Origin: Octopus sinensis
Taxonomy: Eukaryota
Assembly: GCF_006345805.1 (NCBI RefSeq)
Contig: NC_043024.1
Location: 16,306,001 to 16,370,000, forward strand
Length of the DNA stretch: 64,000 nt
Direction of reading: 5' to 3'
The notes below the pieces were generated by a model that saw only the letters and a list, made by a program, of their open reading frames with translations, did not search any database and was not told the DNA's origin. This document shows positions 34,512-47,989 of the stretch, piece after piece. The translations under genes and the position numbers were made by a program. The number at the start of each line of letters is the position of its first letter. Positions within the stretch are counted from its first letter, which is position 1.

Positions 34512-36139
34512 AGAATCCAAGATATATCATGAATAAACAAAAACATCATACCAGATAGACAACCATCGTAGGACGACCTGCTGTGCTTACTTTGGATCGT
34601 AGGGAGACCTGCTGTGCTTGAGGAGACCTCTTGAGTCAAGTACATCAACAACAAAATAAAAATCAAATGGAAGTTGTAGTTATGATACCCATGCTGGTGT
34701 CACGTAAAAAGCACCATCCAAAAGTGGCCAATACCAGCACCGCCTTGACTGGCTTCCATGAAAAAAGCACCAACCGATCGTGACTGTTGTTAGCCTCGCC
34801 TGGCCCCTGTGCCAGTGGCATGTAAAAAGCACCCACTACATTCATGGAGTGGTTGGCATTAGGAAGAGCATCCAGCTGTAGAAACACTGCCCGATCAGAC
34901 TGGAGCCTGGTGCAGCTTCCTGGCTTCCCAGACCCCAGTTAAACTATCCAACCCATGCTAGCATGGAAAACGGATGTTAAATGATGATGATGATAATGAT
35001 GATATATATATATATACACACACAAACATAAGTCATCATCATCATAATTCAAGGTCAATTTTCCATGCTAGCATGGTTTGGATGGTTCGACCGGGGTCTG
35101 GGAAACCAGGAGGCTGCACCAAGCTCTACTTCCTGCTTTCTTTGGCATGGTTTCTACATCAATCACTTAAGAGACACCATCCACTTTGCAGAGGGTATTG
35201 GGTGCATTTTAGTGACAGCAACTTGCAAGACATGACCCCCTCAGCTGAGCAGGGAACAGTATTGAGGGAGATGGTTTTGTGCCCCAGGTAATGAGAGGTT
35301 AGTGTATGAATAAAGGAACAGTAGTTAGTGTCTTACTGTAGAGGAAATCCATGGCAACCCCAGTTGATAAAGGGAAAAAAGAGGGACCTAAAAGTGTATA
35401 TAGGGGACTGGATAAGGTGAGCAGGCAGGTGAAAGTGTGAGAGGAGAATGAATGATTGAAGGGTGGGAGATTAATCAGGGATAGATTGCATACAGGTAAG
35501 TTCAGGAGTATGTGAAAGAGGAGTGGGAGGCAGAGGGGAGGGGAATGCAATGAGAGGTGAGGATGGGTGGAGGGAAGTTGTGGCCGTCTTAATTTCAAGA
35601 TTTTGCCATAAAGGCATTACACAGAGGGAGAAGCTTGTGGGTTGGACATAAACATTAATGAGATGAAAAGGATGGTATTAATGGGAGAAGATAAAAGATG
35701 CCTGCCAATCTTTTGCTTCTCTAAAACACTGTTCTTTTTCCTTTTTATCTTTTTTTAAAAACATTTCATGACTTATTACATAATAATAACAGATAAAAGA
35801 TAAACGTTGCCCTTTTCAAGCCCAGCCAGGTTCATGGGCCTAGTTTCCCCGGTTTCTGGACGAGAGGCTAGTCCATCACAGTGTTACTCAAGAAACAGGA
35901 AGAGAGCGTGAGAGAAAGTTGTGGTGAAAGAGTACAACAGGGGTCGCCACCATCCCCTGCCGGAGCCTCGTGGAGCTTTTAAGTATTTTCGCTTAATAAA
36001 CACACACAACGCCCGGTATGGGAATCGAAACCGCGATCCTTCGACTGCAAGTCTGCTGCTCTAACCACTGGGCCATTTCACCTCTACATAATAATAACAA
36101 CATACAAAACATAAATCATAAATTGTGGCGCTAAGCCTC

Positions 36140-36466
36140 TCATTGATCATTCCCGATCAAATCTCTTGCTGCCTGCAGGCAATCCCGCAGCAGTAAGTCG
36201 GGGACCCAGAAAAGATAGTAATCAATTATATTATCAAAATAACTCTCATCCATGTCCTTCACAGCCACCTGTGGAGGCCAGAATGGACTATCCATGCAGG
36301 TCGGGACCACCAGTTTCCGACCTTCAAAACTATCCACAAAGTTGTCTACGGCCCCTCCCTTGAGATAGAAGACCACATATTCTTCATTATTTTCACTGGG
36401 AGGGGCCACAGCCTCCTCCGCCGGTGGCACAATTCCCACCGACGAAGTGTTCTTCTTGAGGTCTTC
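36140..36466 (-). CDS. Unidentified 108-codon open frame (exon or retroelement ORF1 fragment)
   Basis: EDLKKNTSSVGIVPPAEEAVAPPSENNEEYVVFYLKGGAVDNFVDSFEGRKLVVPTCMDSPFWPPQ..YFDNIIDYYLFWVPDLLLRDCLQAARDLIGNDQ*. GC-richer than its flanks, protein-like composition. Confidence 0.3.
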   Translation of the reverse strand, partial: EDLKKNTSSVGIVPPAEEAVAPPSENNEEYVVFYLKGGAVDNFVDSFEGRKLVVPTCMDSPFWPPQVAVKDMDESYFDNIIDYYLFWVPDLLLRDCLQAARDLIGNDQ

Positions 36467-37460
36467 TTAAGCACAGCAAATTGCAAATCACCTCGGTCAT
36501 TTGTTATTCCCTCTGTGAGTCTCAACACCTCAAGATAATTTTTCATCACTTTCTCCCACATATTCCTGTGTCTCCCTCCTCCACATTTAGAGATCGGCAC
36601 TTCTTTACACAGCAGTCTTCATCCATACTCATCACATGACCACACCAGTGCAGTTTCGTCTCTTGCAAACTGCGTCTGACACTTCTTATGCACAATTTTT
36701 CTCTCAATACACTTGCACCTTGTTGTACATATACACTGCTACTGCATATCCAGCAAAGCATGCTTGCTTAAATTCTTATTTCTTTACTGCCCACAAGGGG
36801 CTAAACAGAGGGGACAAACAAGGACAGACGAACGAAGTAAGTCGATTATATTGACCCCAGTGCATAACTGGTACTTATTTAATCGACCCCAAAAGGATGA
36901 AAGGCATGGGTTGGACGATTTGACAGAAAACTAGCAAACCAGATGGCAGAGTTTCTACAGCTGGATGCCCTTCCTAGCGCCAACCACTCCGAGAGTGTAG
37001 TGGGTGCTTTTACATGCCACCAGCACGAGGGCCAGTTAGTTGGTACTGGCGACAGCCATGCTCAAATGGTGTTTTTTACGTGCCACCCGCATAGGAGCCA
37101 GTCCAGCAGCACTGGCAACAACGATGTCTATAAATTTTTGTTGGTGGTTGTGTAAACCAAACCATGGTGGCATTAGACATTTCCACAAAGAGAGAAGAGA
37201 GAGAGAGCTTTGTACTTTAACTATGAGTCTATTTATATGAGTCTATTGAAAAGAATCTATGTTTATCATATATACATATATATACATACATATATACATA
37301 TATACATATATACATACATACACACATGGTGTCCAGAGTTAATTATTTATGAATTAACTATTTACAGTTAATTCACAGATAGTTAATTCTGGTTATCCTG
37401 TATAATATATATATAATATAATAATAATAATAATAATAATAATATATATATATTATATAT

Positions 37461-37512
<52 letters not shown>

Positions 37513-37898
37513 GTACAGGATGTCATCAGCTGTGCAAACAACATGAAATACTTAAACAAACAAGTTGAATGCATGAACAACAAGAGGAAAAAATGGAAAA
37601 CAAGACAAGTAAACACGGAGAAATGATTCTTCATCAGTTGTCGGCTGTCTGTCTACTCCTTATTTCGACCATTCAACGACAATATGAGTCTTCAAAGAAT
37701 GTTTCTCCCAAAAATTCTAAAATAAAATTTAGGATTTATGGAAGGTCAAAGTTAGGAACAAATACAGGATAGTGGAGACATATAAGGAAACTGAACATGG
37801 AGGGTCGTTAGACCAGAACAAGAGGAAAATAATGAATGCTAGGAGAAATATTTTCCTTGAAAAGATAGAAGAGACAGGAAAAAACGTCCATATATATA

Positions 37899-37940
<42 letters not shown>

Positions 37941-38814
37941 GACTCCCTTCGGTCATGAATGACCATGGTATTGCACATGTCTGTGCAAGGTTGTTTATGG
38001 AAGACCAGCAGTCACCCACACATACCAGCCTCCCCTCTCCATGCCACTGATGTTATCCAAGGGAAAGGCAAAGACCGATACAGCTTGGCACCAGAGACGT
38101 TGCAGCTCATTTATTAACGTGCAAGTGGCTGAGCACTCCACAGTCACATGTACGCTTAACGTAGTTCTCGGGGAGATTCAGCGTGACACAGAGTGTGACA
38201 AGGCTGGCCCCTTTGAAATACAGGTACAACAGAAACAGGAAGAAAGAGTGAGAGAAAGTTATGGTAAAAGAGTACAGCAGGGTTCACCACCACCCCCTGC
38301 CAGAGCCTCGTGGAGCTTTAGGTGTTTTCACTTAATAAACACTCACAAAGCCCAGTCTGGGAATCGAAACCATGATCCTATGACCACGAGTCTGCTGCCC
38401 TAACCACTGGGCCATTGCGCCTCCACATATATGTGTATGTGTGTGTGGAGAGAAAGAGAGAAAGGAAAATGGGATTTAAAAATCTTGGCAGAAATGAAGT
38501 AAGCATCCAGTATTAAAGAATAAGTTTAAATTTCCAGTAAGTAGATTCTAGTAAATGTCTGTAGAGTACAAATCCCAGGTAAATCCTCATGCATGACAGG
38601 TAAATCCAACAATCCTTATGCAGAGCTTTAAGAAAATCAGAGTCTTAACAACAATCAATAAAATGGATGAAGAAAATCATATTTTTATTTGAAAACACAC
38701 TTTAAAAATCCAACAACTTGTTTCACTTGCATTTATATATACATACATACATTTTCATACGCACACACACACACACATATACATCTATATATGCACCCTG
38801 AGAGAAAAGTTGGA

Positions 38815-39710
38815 TTTAAGAAGCATCAAATGTGGTGTGCAAGAGAGATGACTATGCTGGTATGGTCATGTGGTGAGAATGGATGAGGATAGCTGTGGGA
38901 AAAAGTGTCACACCCTAGAAGTTGAAGGAACCTGTGGAAGAAGTAGACCCAGGAAAACCTGGGATGAGGTGGTGAAGCATCACCTCCAAACATTGGGCCT
39001 TACCAAAGCAATGACTAGTGACTGGGACCTTTGGAGAAATGCTGTACCTGAGAAAACCCTACAAGCCAAGTGAGACCATAGCCCATGGCCTATGCCAGTG
39101 GGTGTAGCCAGCCCATTTATGAATACCCCTCGTTCATTGGACAATAAACCTTGCTTGTGAAGATAATGAGGCAAGTGAAATCAAAATCAAAATTGCTGAT
39201 GTGGCCGATGACAGTACCGCCTGATTGGCACTTGTGCCAGTGGAATATTAAAAACACATCCGAACGTGGGGTGTAACTGACCCGCTTATGAGTACCCCTC
39301 ATTCATTGGACAATGAACTTTGTTTGCAAAGATCTATTGAGGCAAGTGTAAACAAATCAAAATCACTGACGTGGCCAATGACAGTACCACCTGATTGGCA
39401 CTCATGCTAGTGGAACGTTAAAAGCACATCCGAGCGTGATTGTTGCCAGGCCCATGGATTGGCTCCTGTGCTAGTGACACGTGAAAAGCACCATCCAAGC
39501 GTGATCGTTGCAAGCATTACTTTACTGGCACATGTAAAACAACATTCGAGTGTGGTTGTTGCCAGTACCGCCTGATTGGCTCTTGTGCCGGTGGCATATA
39601 AAAGCACCCACTACACTCTCAGAGTGGTTGGCATTAGGAAGGGCATCAAGCTGTAGAAACTTTGCCAGATCAGATTGAGCCTGGTGCAGCCTCTGGCTCA
39701 CCAGTATAAT
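38815..39710 (+). mobile_element. 5'-truncated RTE: C-terminal ORF end plus 3' UTR
   Basis: VRMDEDSCGKKCHTLEVEGTCGRSRPRKTWDEVVKH, followed by family D repeats. Confidence 0.8.
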
Positions 39711-39760
39711 TTAATTTTTTCATTGTTGAATTGATAAAAGGTGGGTTTTTTTTCTAATTT

Positions 39761-39791
<31 letters not shown>

Positions 39792-39815
39792 ATGTATATA
39801 AATACACACACACAC

Positions 39816-39849
<34 letters not shown>

Positions 39850-39919
39850 TGTCATTGTGAGCATTAACTCGTGTTCAAGTATTATATCTATAGCAAATGA
39901 ATGGGCCTCTTCATCTTAA

Positions 39920-41140
39920 TGCGTGCAGAAGGTGCCAGTGCCTGAGGTGGTTGTCCAGGCCAAGGGTGATATAGACGAGCTGGGACCATTTATCGCAGGG
40001 GAGGCTTGGCAGAGGATGAGGAAGTGCAAGTTTCTCTTTGCATCTTCAATGTCTGATCTCTGCTGCTCGACGTCTGTTATTTTCCATCGGGTCAGTTCTC
40101 TTCATAATGGCATGCTGCCACTTTGAACAGTCCTACAGGTACCTCACAGGTATTTGGGTCAACAGGGCAGCAGAGGGGAGTGGCCTTGAGCTGGTCTCAG
40201 AAACGGAATTTGGGTGCTTCGCACAGTCTGGTGCCTGAGGCCAACTTGACATAAAGAAGTTAACAGGGGAGGCATGTTTGAGGCATACATATGATGTGAC
40301 CCAACCAATAAAGGTGGTGTCACACCTGGGCAGTCTGGCCCAGACTTCGTTGGTAATATTGCCTTTCCATCAAATCCACATGATTGCACAACGTTTGTGT
40401 TGTTGGAAGCATTTGATTTTCAAGTAACATTGTAGAGGTTTGTGGAAAAGATGACGGCTCAGAATACCATGATTTTCGTTTGGCTGGTAAGATCATGATT
40501 TAGGAAGATTGATTTTGAGAGTTTTCTGAAAGCAGGGGTCAAACTAAAATGGGTATACAAGCTTTTGAAGAGGTTCACAACTTCTTGAAGATTGAAAACT
40601 GTGCAGGAGTGGCATTGTCATCAGTGTACTGCAGATCATGTGGAGGCACAATGGCCCAGTGGTTAGAGCTGCGAACTCGCGGTCGTAGGATCACAGTTTC
40701 GATTCCCAGACTGAGCATTGTGAGTGTTTATTGAGCGAAAACACCTAAAGCTCCACGAGGCTCCAGCAGGGGGTGGTGGTAAACCCTGCAGTACTCTTTC
40801 ACCACAACTTTCTCTCCCTCTTTCTTCCTGTATCTCTTGTACCTGTATTTCAAAGGGCCAGCCTTATCACACTCTGTGGCATGCTGAATCTCCCCAAAGA
40901 TCTGGGATCTCATGGATCATGACACCAAAGTAGAGGGAAACAGACCAGGAGTAAGGATGCATCTTTGCTTCAGACCAGTCATAATTGGGAAAGAACTATA
41001 GAGAGCATTCTTGGCAATGACATTGTGTTGTGCACAGCCTGAACAAGGTTTGTAAATTGGTTGGGAGGACTGAAATGTTTCAAGGTGGCCCCTATTGTAG
41101 GTCCCAGCACAATGTCAAAGCCTTGGAAAAGGTTTTTGAC
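39920..41140 (-). mobile_element. RTE (BovB-like) relic, deleted and interrupted by SINE B at 40640-40905
   Basis: FTNLVQAVHNTMS (RT region); HLYWLGHIICMPQTCLP..PKFRF*DQLKA and a C-terminal LGLDNHLRH-type motif. Confidence 0.72.
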
Positions 41141-41287
41141 AATGAACCAAGACCTGATATATATATAAAACTGTCCAACGTTTGGGAACATGAAACTCTG
41201 AGTAACAGATTTTGTGATATGTATATATATATATAATATATATAGCATTATTAAATCTCAGAATGAGATGTAAACAGTAATCGCTCG

Positions 41288-41498
41288 ATAATGTAAAGTA
41301 TAGAAGCCATCTCAATATGGCTAACCACATAGGGGAGGGGGTGTTACTGTAGCTCTATGGCCCCAGGAGATCGTCAAGTGATAGCCAAGTGTCTAAAGCC
41401 AGCTGGAGACGACGATCTCCTGGGGCTATAGAGCTACAGTAACACCCCCTTCCCTATATGGTTAGCCATATTAAGATGGCTTCTATATTTTACATTAT
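41288..41498. repeat. 88-bp inverted repeat with 35-bp spacer
   Basis: Arms at 41288-41375 and 41411-41498. Confidence 0.9.
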
Positions 41499-43024
41499 AT
41501 ATATATATATATATATATATTGTCAGGAACAGGGATGGCTGTGTGGTAAGAAGCTTGCTACCAACCACATGGCTCACTCCCATTATATGGCACCATTATA
41601 TAGCCTCAAGATGACCAAAGCCTTGTGAGTGGATTTGGTAGAAGGAAACTGAAAGAAGCCCATCGTGTGTGTGTGTTTGTCCCCCATCACTGCTTGACAA
41701 CTGGTGTTGGTGTGTTTATGTCCCTGTAACTCAGTGGTTCAGCAAAAGAGACTGAAAAACAAACGTGAACTTGGGTCAATTGATTCGACTAAAATTCTTC
41801 TAGGTGGTGCCCCAGCATGGCCACCGTCTAATGTCTGAAACAAATAAAAGTTAAAAGACATATATAAATGTGTTTAGAATTTAGTTAGAAATATGAAGTC
41901 TTTGTCTTGTACTGAATGCACAATGCTAACAACATTGCAAGTGACAGCATAAAAATCTTTAAAAAAAAAATGAATGGTTAGCAAAAATTTCTTATAAATT
42001 ATTTCACACAAATGGTTGCTGTAAATAATATTAAATAACTCAAGAGCCAGAATTAAGTTTCGATATTCAGTTCTGAAAAACACTTTCGGCTGCTCAATAG
42101 TTCCGTCACGCTTCATAAATAAGAATTTATTTTAGAAACATTTTCGTTGTTTTAAGGTTATTTCTAACAACCAAATATTTTAAATTGCTAATTATACAAG
42201 AAATATGACAATCGAATCACCAAATACAAAGTTTTTATTCTAAAATAAATCATGAATGGAGTAAATATTGAAGATTACAGGAAAATGGATGAGATGAGTT
42301 GTCTGGTTGTGTTGTTGCTTTTCAGGGAGTGCTGAACGACACAGGAATTTAATACCACCACCACCAACACCACCACCACTTTCCCTTATTATACTAAGAG
42401 TCACTTTGAGTGGGCATGTCTATGATACATGTGGTGAGGGTGCGTGGCTTAGTGGTTAGGGCATTCGGCTTATGATTGTAAGGTTGTGAATTCGATTCCC
42501 AGCAAGGCATTGAATCCTTGAGCAAGTCTCTTTATTTCACGTTGCTCCAGTCCACTCAGCTGGCAAAAGTGAGTTGTACCTGTATTTCAAAGGGTCAGCC
42601 TTGTCAGACTCTGTGTCATGCTGAATCTCCCTGAGAACTACGTTAAGGGTACATGTGTCTGTGGAGTGCTCAGCCACTTGCATGTTAATTTAACGAGTAA
42701 GCTGTTTCATTGATTGTATCAGCTGGGATCCTCATCATTGTAACCGATGGAGTGCTTTTATGATGTGTGTGAGTGTGCTTTAGTTTTTATTTTGGCATCA
42801 TTGTACTCAGTCAAAAGAATAGCAAATACTGATAAAGCATGAGTATATATGTGTGTGTGTGTGTGTGTATAGGTGTATGCCTTTTTCTTTCGTTTGTCCA
42901 CTCACTCATATACATATCCTCATCATTTAACATCTGTTTCCCACGCTAGCATGTCTTGGATGGTTTGGCAGGAGCTGGCCTGCTGGGGAGCTGCACCAGG
43001 CTCCATTATATATATATATAATAA

Positions 43025-43765
43025 CAAAGGGTAAAATTAATTAATTAAGAAGTAATCGTTAATTTCACCAAGTAGAATTCGGCATGAAAAAGACCATTTC
43101 ATGGTAAGCTTAAGTAATACTTTATAATTAGGGTTCAGCAAAGATTTGCTTCACCACATACCGAAGTTTAGAAATAGCAGTCAAAAAATCTTAGCTATTC
43201 CTTCTACTTTAAAAGGGGCTCCCAGAAAAACCAAAGTACTTGAAAACAATCCACGCAGGCAAAAGGGAAAAATAACGAAAATCAATCGGTATTAGGTTAC
43301 CCACGTACACTCGTTTCGGAATTAGATTGGTGTAAAGAATAAATAGTTATACCTTACCCAACCATTTTCGGCTCATCAGCATAGGATTCCAGAAATATTA
43401 ATTATTAAATATTAAATTCGAAGGCACTAGAGAATATCTCTCCACCTAACGGTATCAGAGAGATCACATTCAGTGCTAGTGCCGCCAAATTCAAAATATA
43501 AATGCGAGTTCATCACCTTCCCCTGCCCATTAGCATGTGTCGCCAAGTAAGATACTACAGAGAGAAACTGTAGTTTGTTATCAGGGAGAAAGATTCCATT
43601 ATCAATAATAACAAAGAGTAAATCGTTAATTTCACCAAGTAGAATTCGGCATGAAAAAGACCATTTCATGGTAAGCTTAAGTAATACTTTATAATTAGGG
43701 TTCAGCATAGGTTTGCTTCAGTATGTGGTGAAGCAAACCTATGCTGAACCCTAATTATAAAGTAT
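43025..43765 (-). mobile_element. Head-to-tail unit, period 567 bp, with a terminal inversion; decayed hammerhead at about 43300-43385
   Basis: 43054-43165 recurs at 43621-43720, then inverts at 43721-43765. Minus strand CTGATGA-G..C-GAAA-CG..CG-T-G has a non-cleavable G17. Confidence 0.65.
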
Positions 43766-43847
43766 ATATATATAATCAAAATAAGCAACAAGGATATCCA
43801 GAGGTAATGCAGTTCGATCGTTTCATGCGACTAAATTCTGTTTTTTG

Positions 43848-43934
43848 TGCAGCTGAAGATTGCTCTACATTTTAAATTGATGTAATGATTGCATTGTTCA
43901 ATTAAATGGAGTTGCATGAAACGATCATACTGCA
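43848..43934 (+). ncRNA. Type I hammerhead, canonical core, long stem II, one stem III mismatch; lies inside inverted repeat 43774-43831 / 43911-43968
   Basis: TGCAG | CTGAAGA | T-TGC..long hairpin..GCA-T | GAAA | CGATCA-T-A | CTGCA. The left arm reads CGATCG, implying an ancestral ACGATCGT palindrome and GUA triplet. Confidence 0.72.
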
Positions 43935-44092
43935 TTACCTCTGGATATCCTTGCAGCTTATTTTGATTTTAATCACCTTAGTTTGAAATTGTATGGATAA
44001 TACCATACTAAATTCTGGTGCCTCAACTTAAGTACCATATTCATCTGAATCTAAATTTTTACTAAACTTATATATATATATATATATATATA

Positions 44093-44280
44093 AACAATTT
44101 ATAAGTAAGGGCAAATGAAAAAATTTCTAATGCCAAAATATGCAGAAAATCGACACTACGTCAATAACCATGTAATTTATCACAAGCACGTGTTTCAAAG
44201 AAAAGGTGACAGAAATTTCGAAAAAATTCCATTATTACCATATCGGACCCAATTTCAGAGTTAGTTCATAAGAACCTTCT

Positions 44281-44283
<3 letters not shown>
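44093..44283 (+). mobile_element. Second copy of the 1231-1423 repeat, truncated by (TA)n just short of the CUGAUGA core
   Basis: AAACAA..GGGCAAATGAAAAAATTTCTAATGCC..ATTACCATATCGGACC..GTTCATAAGAACC. Confidence 0.8.
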
Positions 44284-44378
<95 letters not shown>

Positions 44379-44389
44379 TATACATATAT

Positions 44390-44433
<44 letters not shown>

Positions 44434-44486
44434 ATGAAAAAACAAGTCAAAAATAGAAAATGCTAAGATGATTTTATAGTGAATCT

Positions 44487-44529
44487 TTCAGTACCGGTTT
44501 CGGTCATTTTGAGACCTTTTCAACTGTAA
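44487..44529 (-). ncRNA. Minimal type I hammerhead with U3-A8 core (UUGAAAA), GUA triplet
   Basis: TT-A-CAG | TTGAAAA | GGTC-TCAAAAT-GACC | GAAA | CCGG-T-A | CTG-A-AA. Confidence 0.7.
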
Positions 44530-44798
44530 CGATTAAATAATTAAATTTTGAAAAATTTAGAAAAATTAGAAGAAAGGTTTTTTTAAAGGAATACTTCCAT
44601 AGTAGTGTTCAGATATATGTGGCATTCTGCCTTTCTCTGACTCCCTTGTTTGCACTTGTGTATTCGAGGTCGTTGTGAGTTCTTGAGGGGGTGGGAGTGG
44701 GAAAATCTGGGCTGGTCAGTGGCGACCGGCAGTCGCTGCGTAGGCGTTATACTTAAAGACATTAGTGGGGGTAGAAGGTGGAGAAGTTAGGACATCCT

Positions 44799-44840
<42 letters not shown>

Positions 44841-44843
<3 letters not shown>

Positions 44844-45114
44844 AATTTATGGAAAGGTATCTCATAAAACTCAACAAATTTGTTAAAAATAGAGAAGAGA
44901 AGATGTTAAAATGTAAGAGATTTTTAATTCATGCATATGTTCGTTTCAAACAGTGATATTAAAACATAAATTTAACAATGAATTTGCATGTCTTAATATC
45001 ACTGTTTGAAACGATTATATGCATGAATTAAAAATCTCTTACATTTTAACATCTTCTCTTCTCTATTTTTAACAAATTTGTTGAGTTTTATGGAATACCT
45101 TTCCATAAATTCAC
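44841..45114. repeat. Inverted repeat of about 127 bp with a 20-bp spacer
   Basis: Arms at 44841-44967 and 44988-45114. Confidence 0.9.
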
Positions 45115-45318
45115 ATAACACACCATATACAAGTATTATTTTCATATTTGCAAACAAGTAAAATATGAAGAATCTATATTAGAAATCGTTTTTTGGAATC
45201 CTCCAAATTAAAGGACGAAATGTAATTCAACCTTTTCATACACACACACATATGTATAAATATATGTATGTGTGTGTGTGTGTGTGTGTGTGTTTGTGTT
45301 TGTGTATGTGTGTGTATT

Positions 45319-45380
<62 letters not shown>

Positions 45381-45899
45381 CGACAGCTTGCTGAGACATG
45401 GAAATTAAGCTCCATAGAAAACTTTGAAAAACTGCAATTGGTTCTGGTTTTTATGCAGTTATAAGGGATTTTCAGTCATGAAAATAAAAAATCAATATTG
45501 AACAATATGTAGTTTAGTTAACACCACTTTACAACTATGTTTGACAGCACTCTCCTCTGAGAAATAACAATCTTAGAGATTCCAGCTTGTATGGGCCAAT
45601 GTAACGTTATAGATTGTTTTACATTAAATACAGGAATTTCTGGAACGTGAGGTTTTGGTTCTATTTTTTGATTTGAAGTTCGAGGTTTGTTTATGTTTTT
45701 CTCAATTACATACATTACAAATCACATATGTAAACTAGGTAAGTAATAGTTTTGAGGGTGGGGGATTTCATTTATTTTGTTTGAATCTGACCAGTCAAGG
45801 TAAAAGAAACAAAGTTTATAATAATTTCTCTTGTTTTCCTGTTGATAATTTTTGTTTTATCCCCACATATCTGTTTGACTGAGCTTTGTTGCCAGGGGA

Positions 45900-47467
45900 A
45901 ACAGAAGCCAAAGATGAAGAGAAAGGTATGAACAAGTAAGCAGCCTGAGGATGGCCATAGGCTGAGCACAAAAACAGAAGCAAAAAGAAGTAGAAACTGC
46001 AAAGACAATGGCTCTGGAATAAAAAGAAAAAAAGGGTGGGGGGCAAACAGTTTGAAAGTTCTATACAAAAGGTACCTGCTGGTATGGAGACAACTGAGAC
46101 AAACTGTAGATTTGCTTATCCCAAGCCCCATACAACTGGTACTCATTTCATTTAATTCAAGACCAGAGTGAACTATCCCCAAACAGGCAAACAACTCTAC
46201 CAGAATCAAGAAAGACACAAGCCCAGGTCACAAAACCCAAGCCTCCACCCTGGAATTATGTAGATGGTGCATGCACAGCTCCTAAGTGGAAAAAATATGT
46301 AGATGCAGTGAAGACATTAACTGCTGAACAGCAGTCTTTTGCGGAAATGACACAGAGGGTTGTAAGGCAGTTGACTTGGCTCCATCAGACACTGAGTTTG
46401 AGAAACATGTACCAGCCCTGAAGACCAACAAAAGATCCAGGGTGGCCACCTCTGACATCTCTACATATGTTAGACCAGTGGCCAGTACTGACACTCTACA
46501 CGTTGCACCAGTATTCTTGCTGAACATCAGGGGTCTTGTAATGTCCCACCAACACTAGATCCAACCCCTGAGAGACTTAGTGACGTGTAATCAAGAAATA
46601 TGCAAGGCACTAACAGAAACACATCTGAACGCTGACACAGGAGATCTAAGAGCTTGCTCTATTGTTATCAAAGTAAAAAAGTCCTTTTGTGAACATGACC
46701 TGGGCATTATTGTCGACAGTGATTTGCATTGGACAAAACACATTGCTAAAATTGCCAAGAAGGCTGAGGGTGTCTTGGCATCACTCACCAAGTCCTTTGT
46801 GAGCCGCTCTCCAGCTATCTATCTGAGGCTTTATATAGCTATGGTGTGGTCTCACTTGGAATTTGCATCACCAGTCTGGAACCCCTATCTTGCCCAGGAT
46901 ATTAATCGTCTGAAACTGTTCAGCGACGTGCAGCCAAGAGAATACCTGCCATCATGCATTTGCCATATTCTGAACGCCTTACTTCCCTGGGCATGGATAC
47001 ATTGAAACTCCAATGTCTGGCAACTGACTTGGCAGACACCCATAAAATTATTAACCGTCTTACAAACAATAACTTTGAGCACCTTTTCAAACTCCACCTG
47101 TCTAACACTTGTGGACATGTTTACAAAGTCAGAAAACAGCACAGCTCCCATGACTTTCGGAAACATTTTTTCACACTAAGAGTTGCTGAAGTATGGAACA
47201 AACTGCCGGCATCAGTTGTTAATTGATGGAGCACTGTATCCTTCAAAACTTCCATGCTTCCTGAGATTCGCCAACACAACACCTGATTTTCTTCCCTCCA
47301 TACACATGCAAGCATGTATCTGACTCATACACTGTTCACTTTCCAGACATTTGTACATTTCTGCATATGATTTATACGCACTTTTGACAAGTTGTGGTGC
47401 AGTTGAGCACTATACAATAATTTCATTATTATTATTATTATCATTATTATTATTATCATTATTATTA

Positions 47468-47520
<53 letters not shown>
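45900..47520 (+). mobile_element. CR1-like LINE relic with a large internal deletion and (ATT)n tail
   Basis: Endonuclease start LLNIRGL..ALTETHL joined to EHDLGIIVDSDL..HLEFASPVWNPY..VQRRA..HFFTLRVAEVWNKLP. Tail at 47425-47520. Confidence 0.85.
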
Positions 47521-47989
47521 AAAGTTGCATACTTAAACATTGGTCTTACTCTGTCAGGGTTATGATTATGGCAACCTGTTTAAAGGGCTTGTCTGTGCAT
47601 CTGGATTGCACCCCTCATTTGTTTATGACTTAGAATTGGTTGGCTAATTATATGTGTGAGGTGAGGGGAGAATATTGTGTTCGTGTTTAGAAAAGTGCAG
47701 TGATGATGAAGTAATTCTCTTAACACAGGTCACGTAAGGACCAAGAATCCTGTGTTTATCAGTTTCCTCAGGAATTGTCTTGAACCTCTGCACTGATTCT
47801 GGTGTGCTTTCATTTTTATAATCCACCTAATGTGGGAACCTCATAGGACATTCTTTGATATGAGATGAGTTTTCAGTCAGCTGATTGGTTGGTATTCAGT
47901 GCACATGGTCTGATCTAAGTGTGATCTGATCCTACTTACTAAAGCAGTACATTTTCAATCCTAGGTTATGCTACAAACTTATGTTAATG

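Larger units (their letters stand above)
33640..34568. repeat. 184-bp inverted repeat (33640-33823 / 34385-34568), each arm carrying an intact hammerhead
   Basis: Arms are near-identical, separated by about 560 bp of unrelated spacer. Confidence 0.92.
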
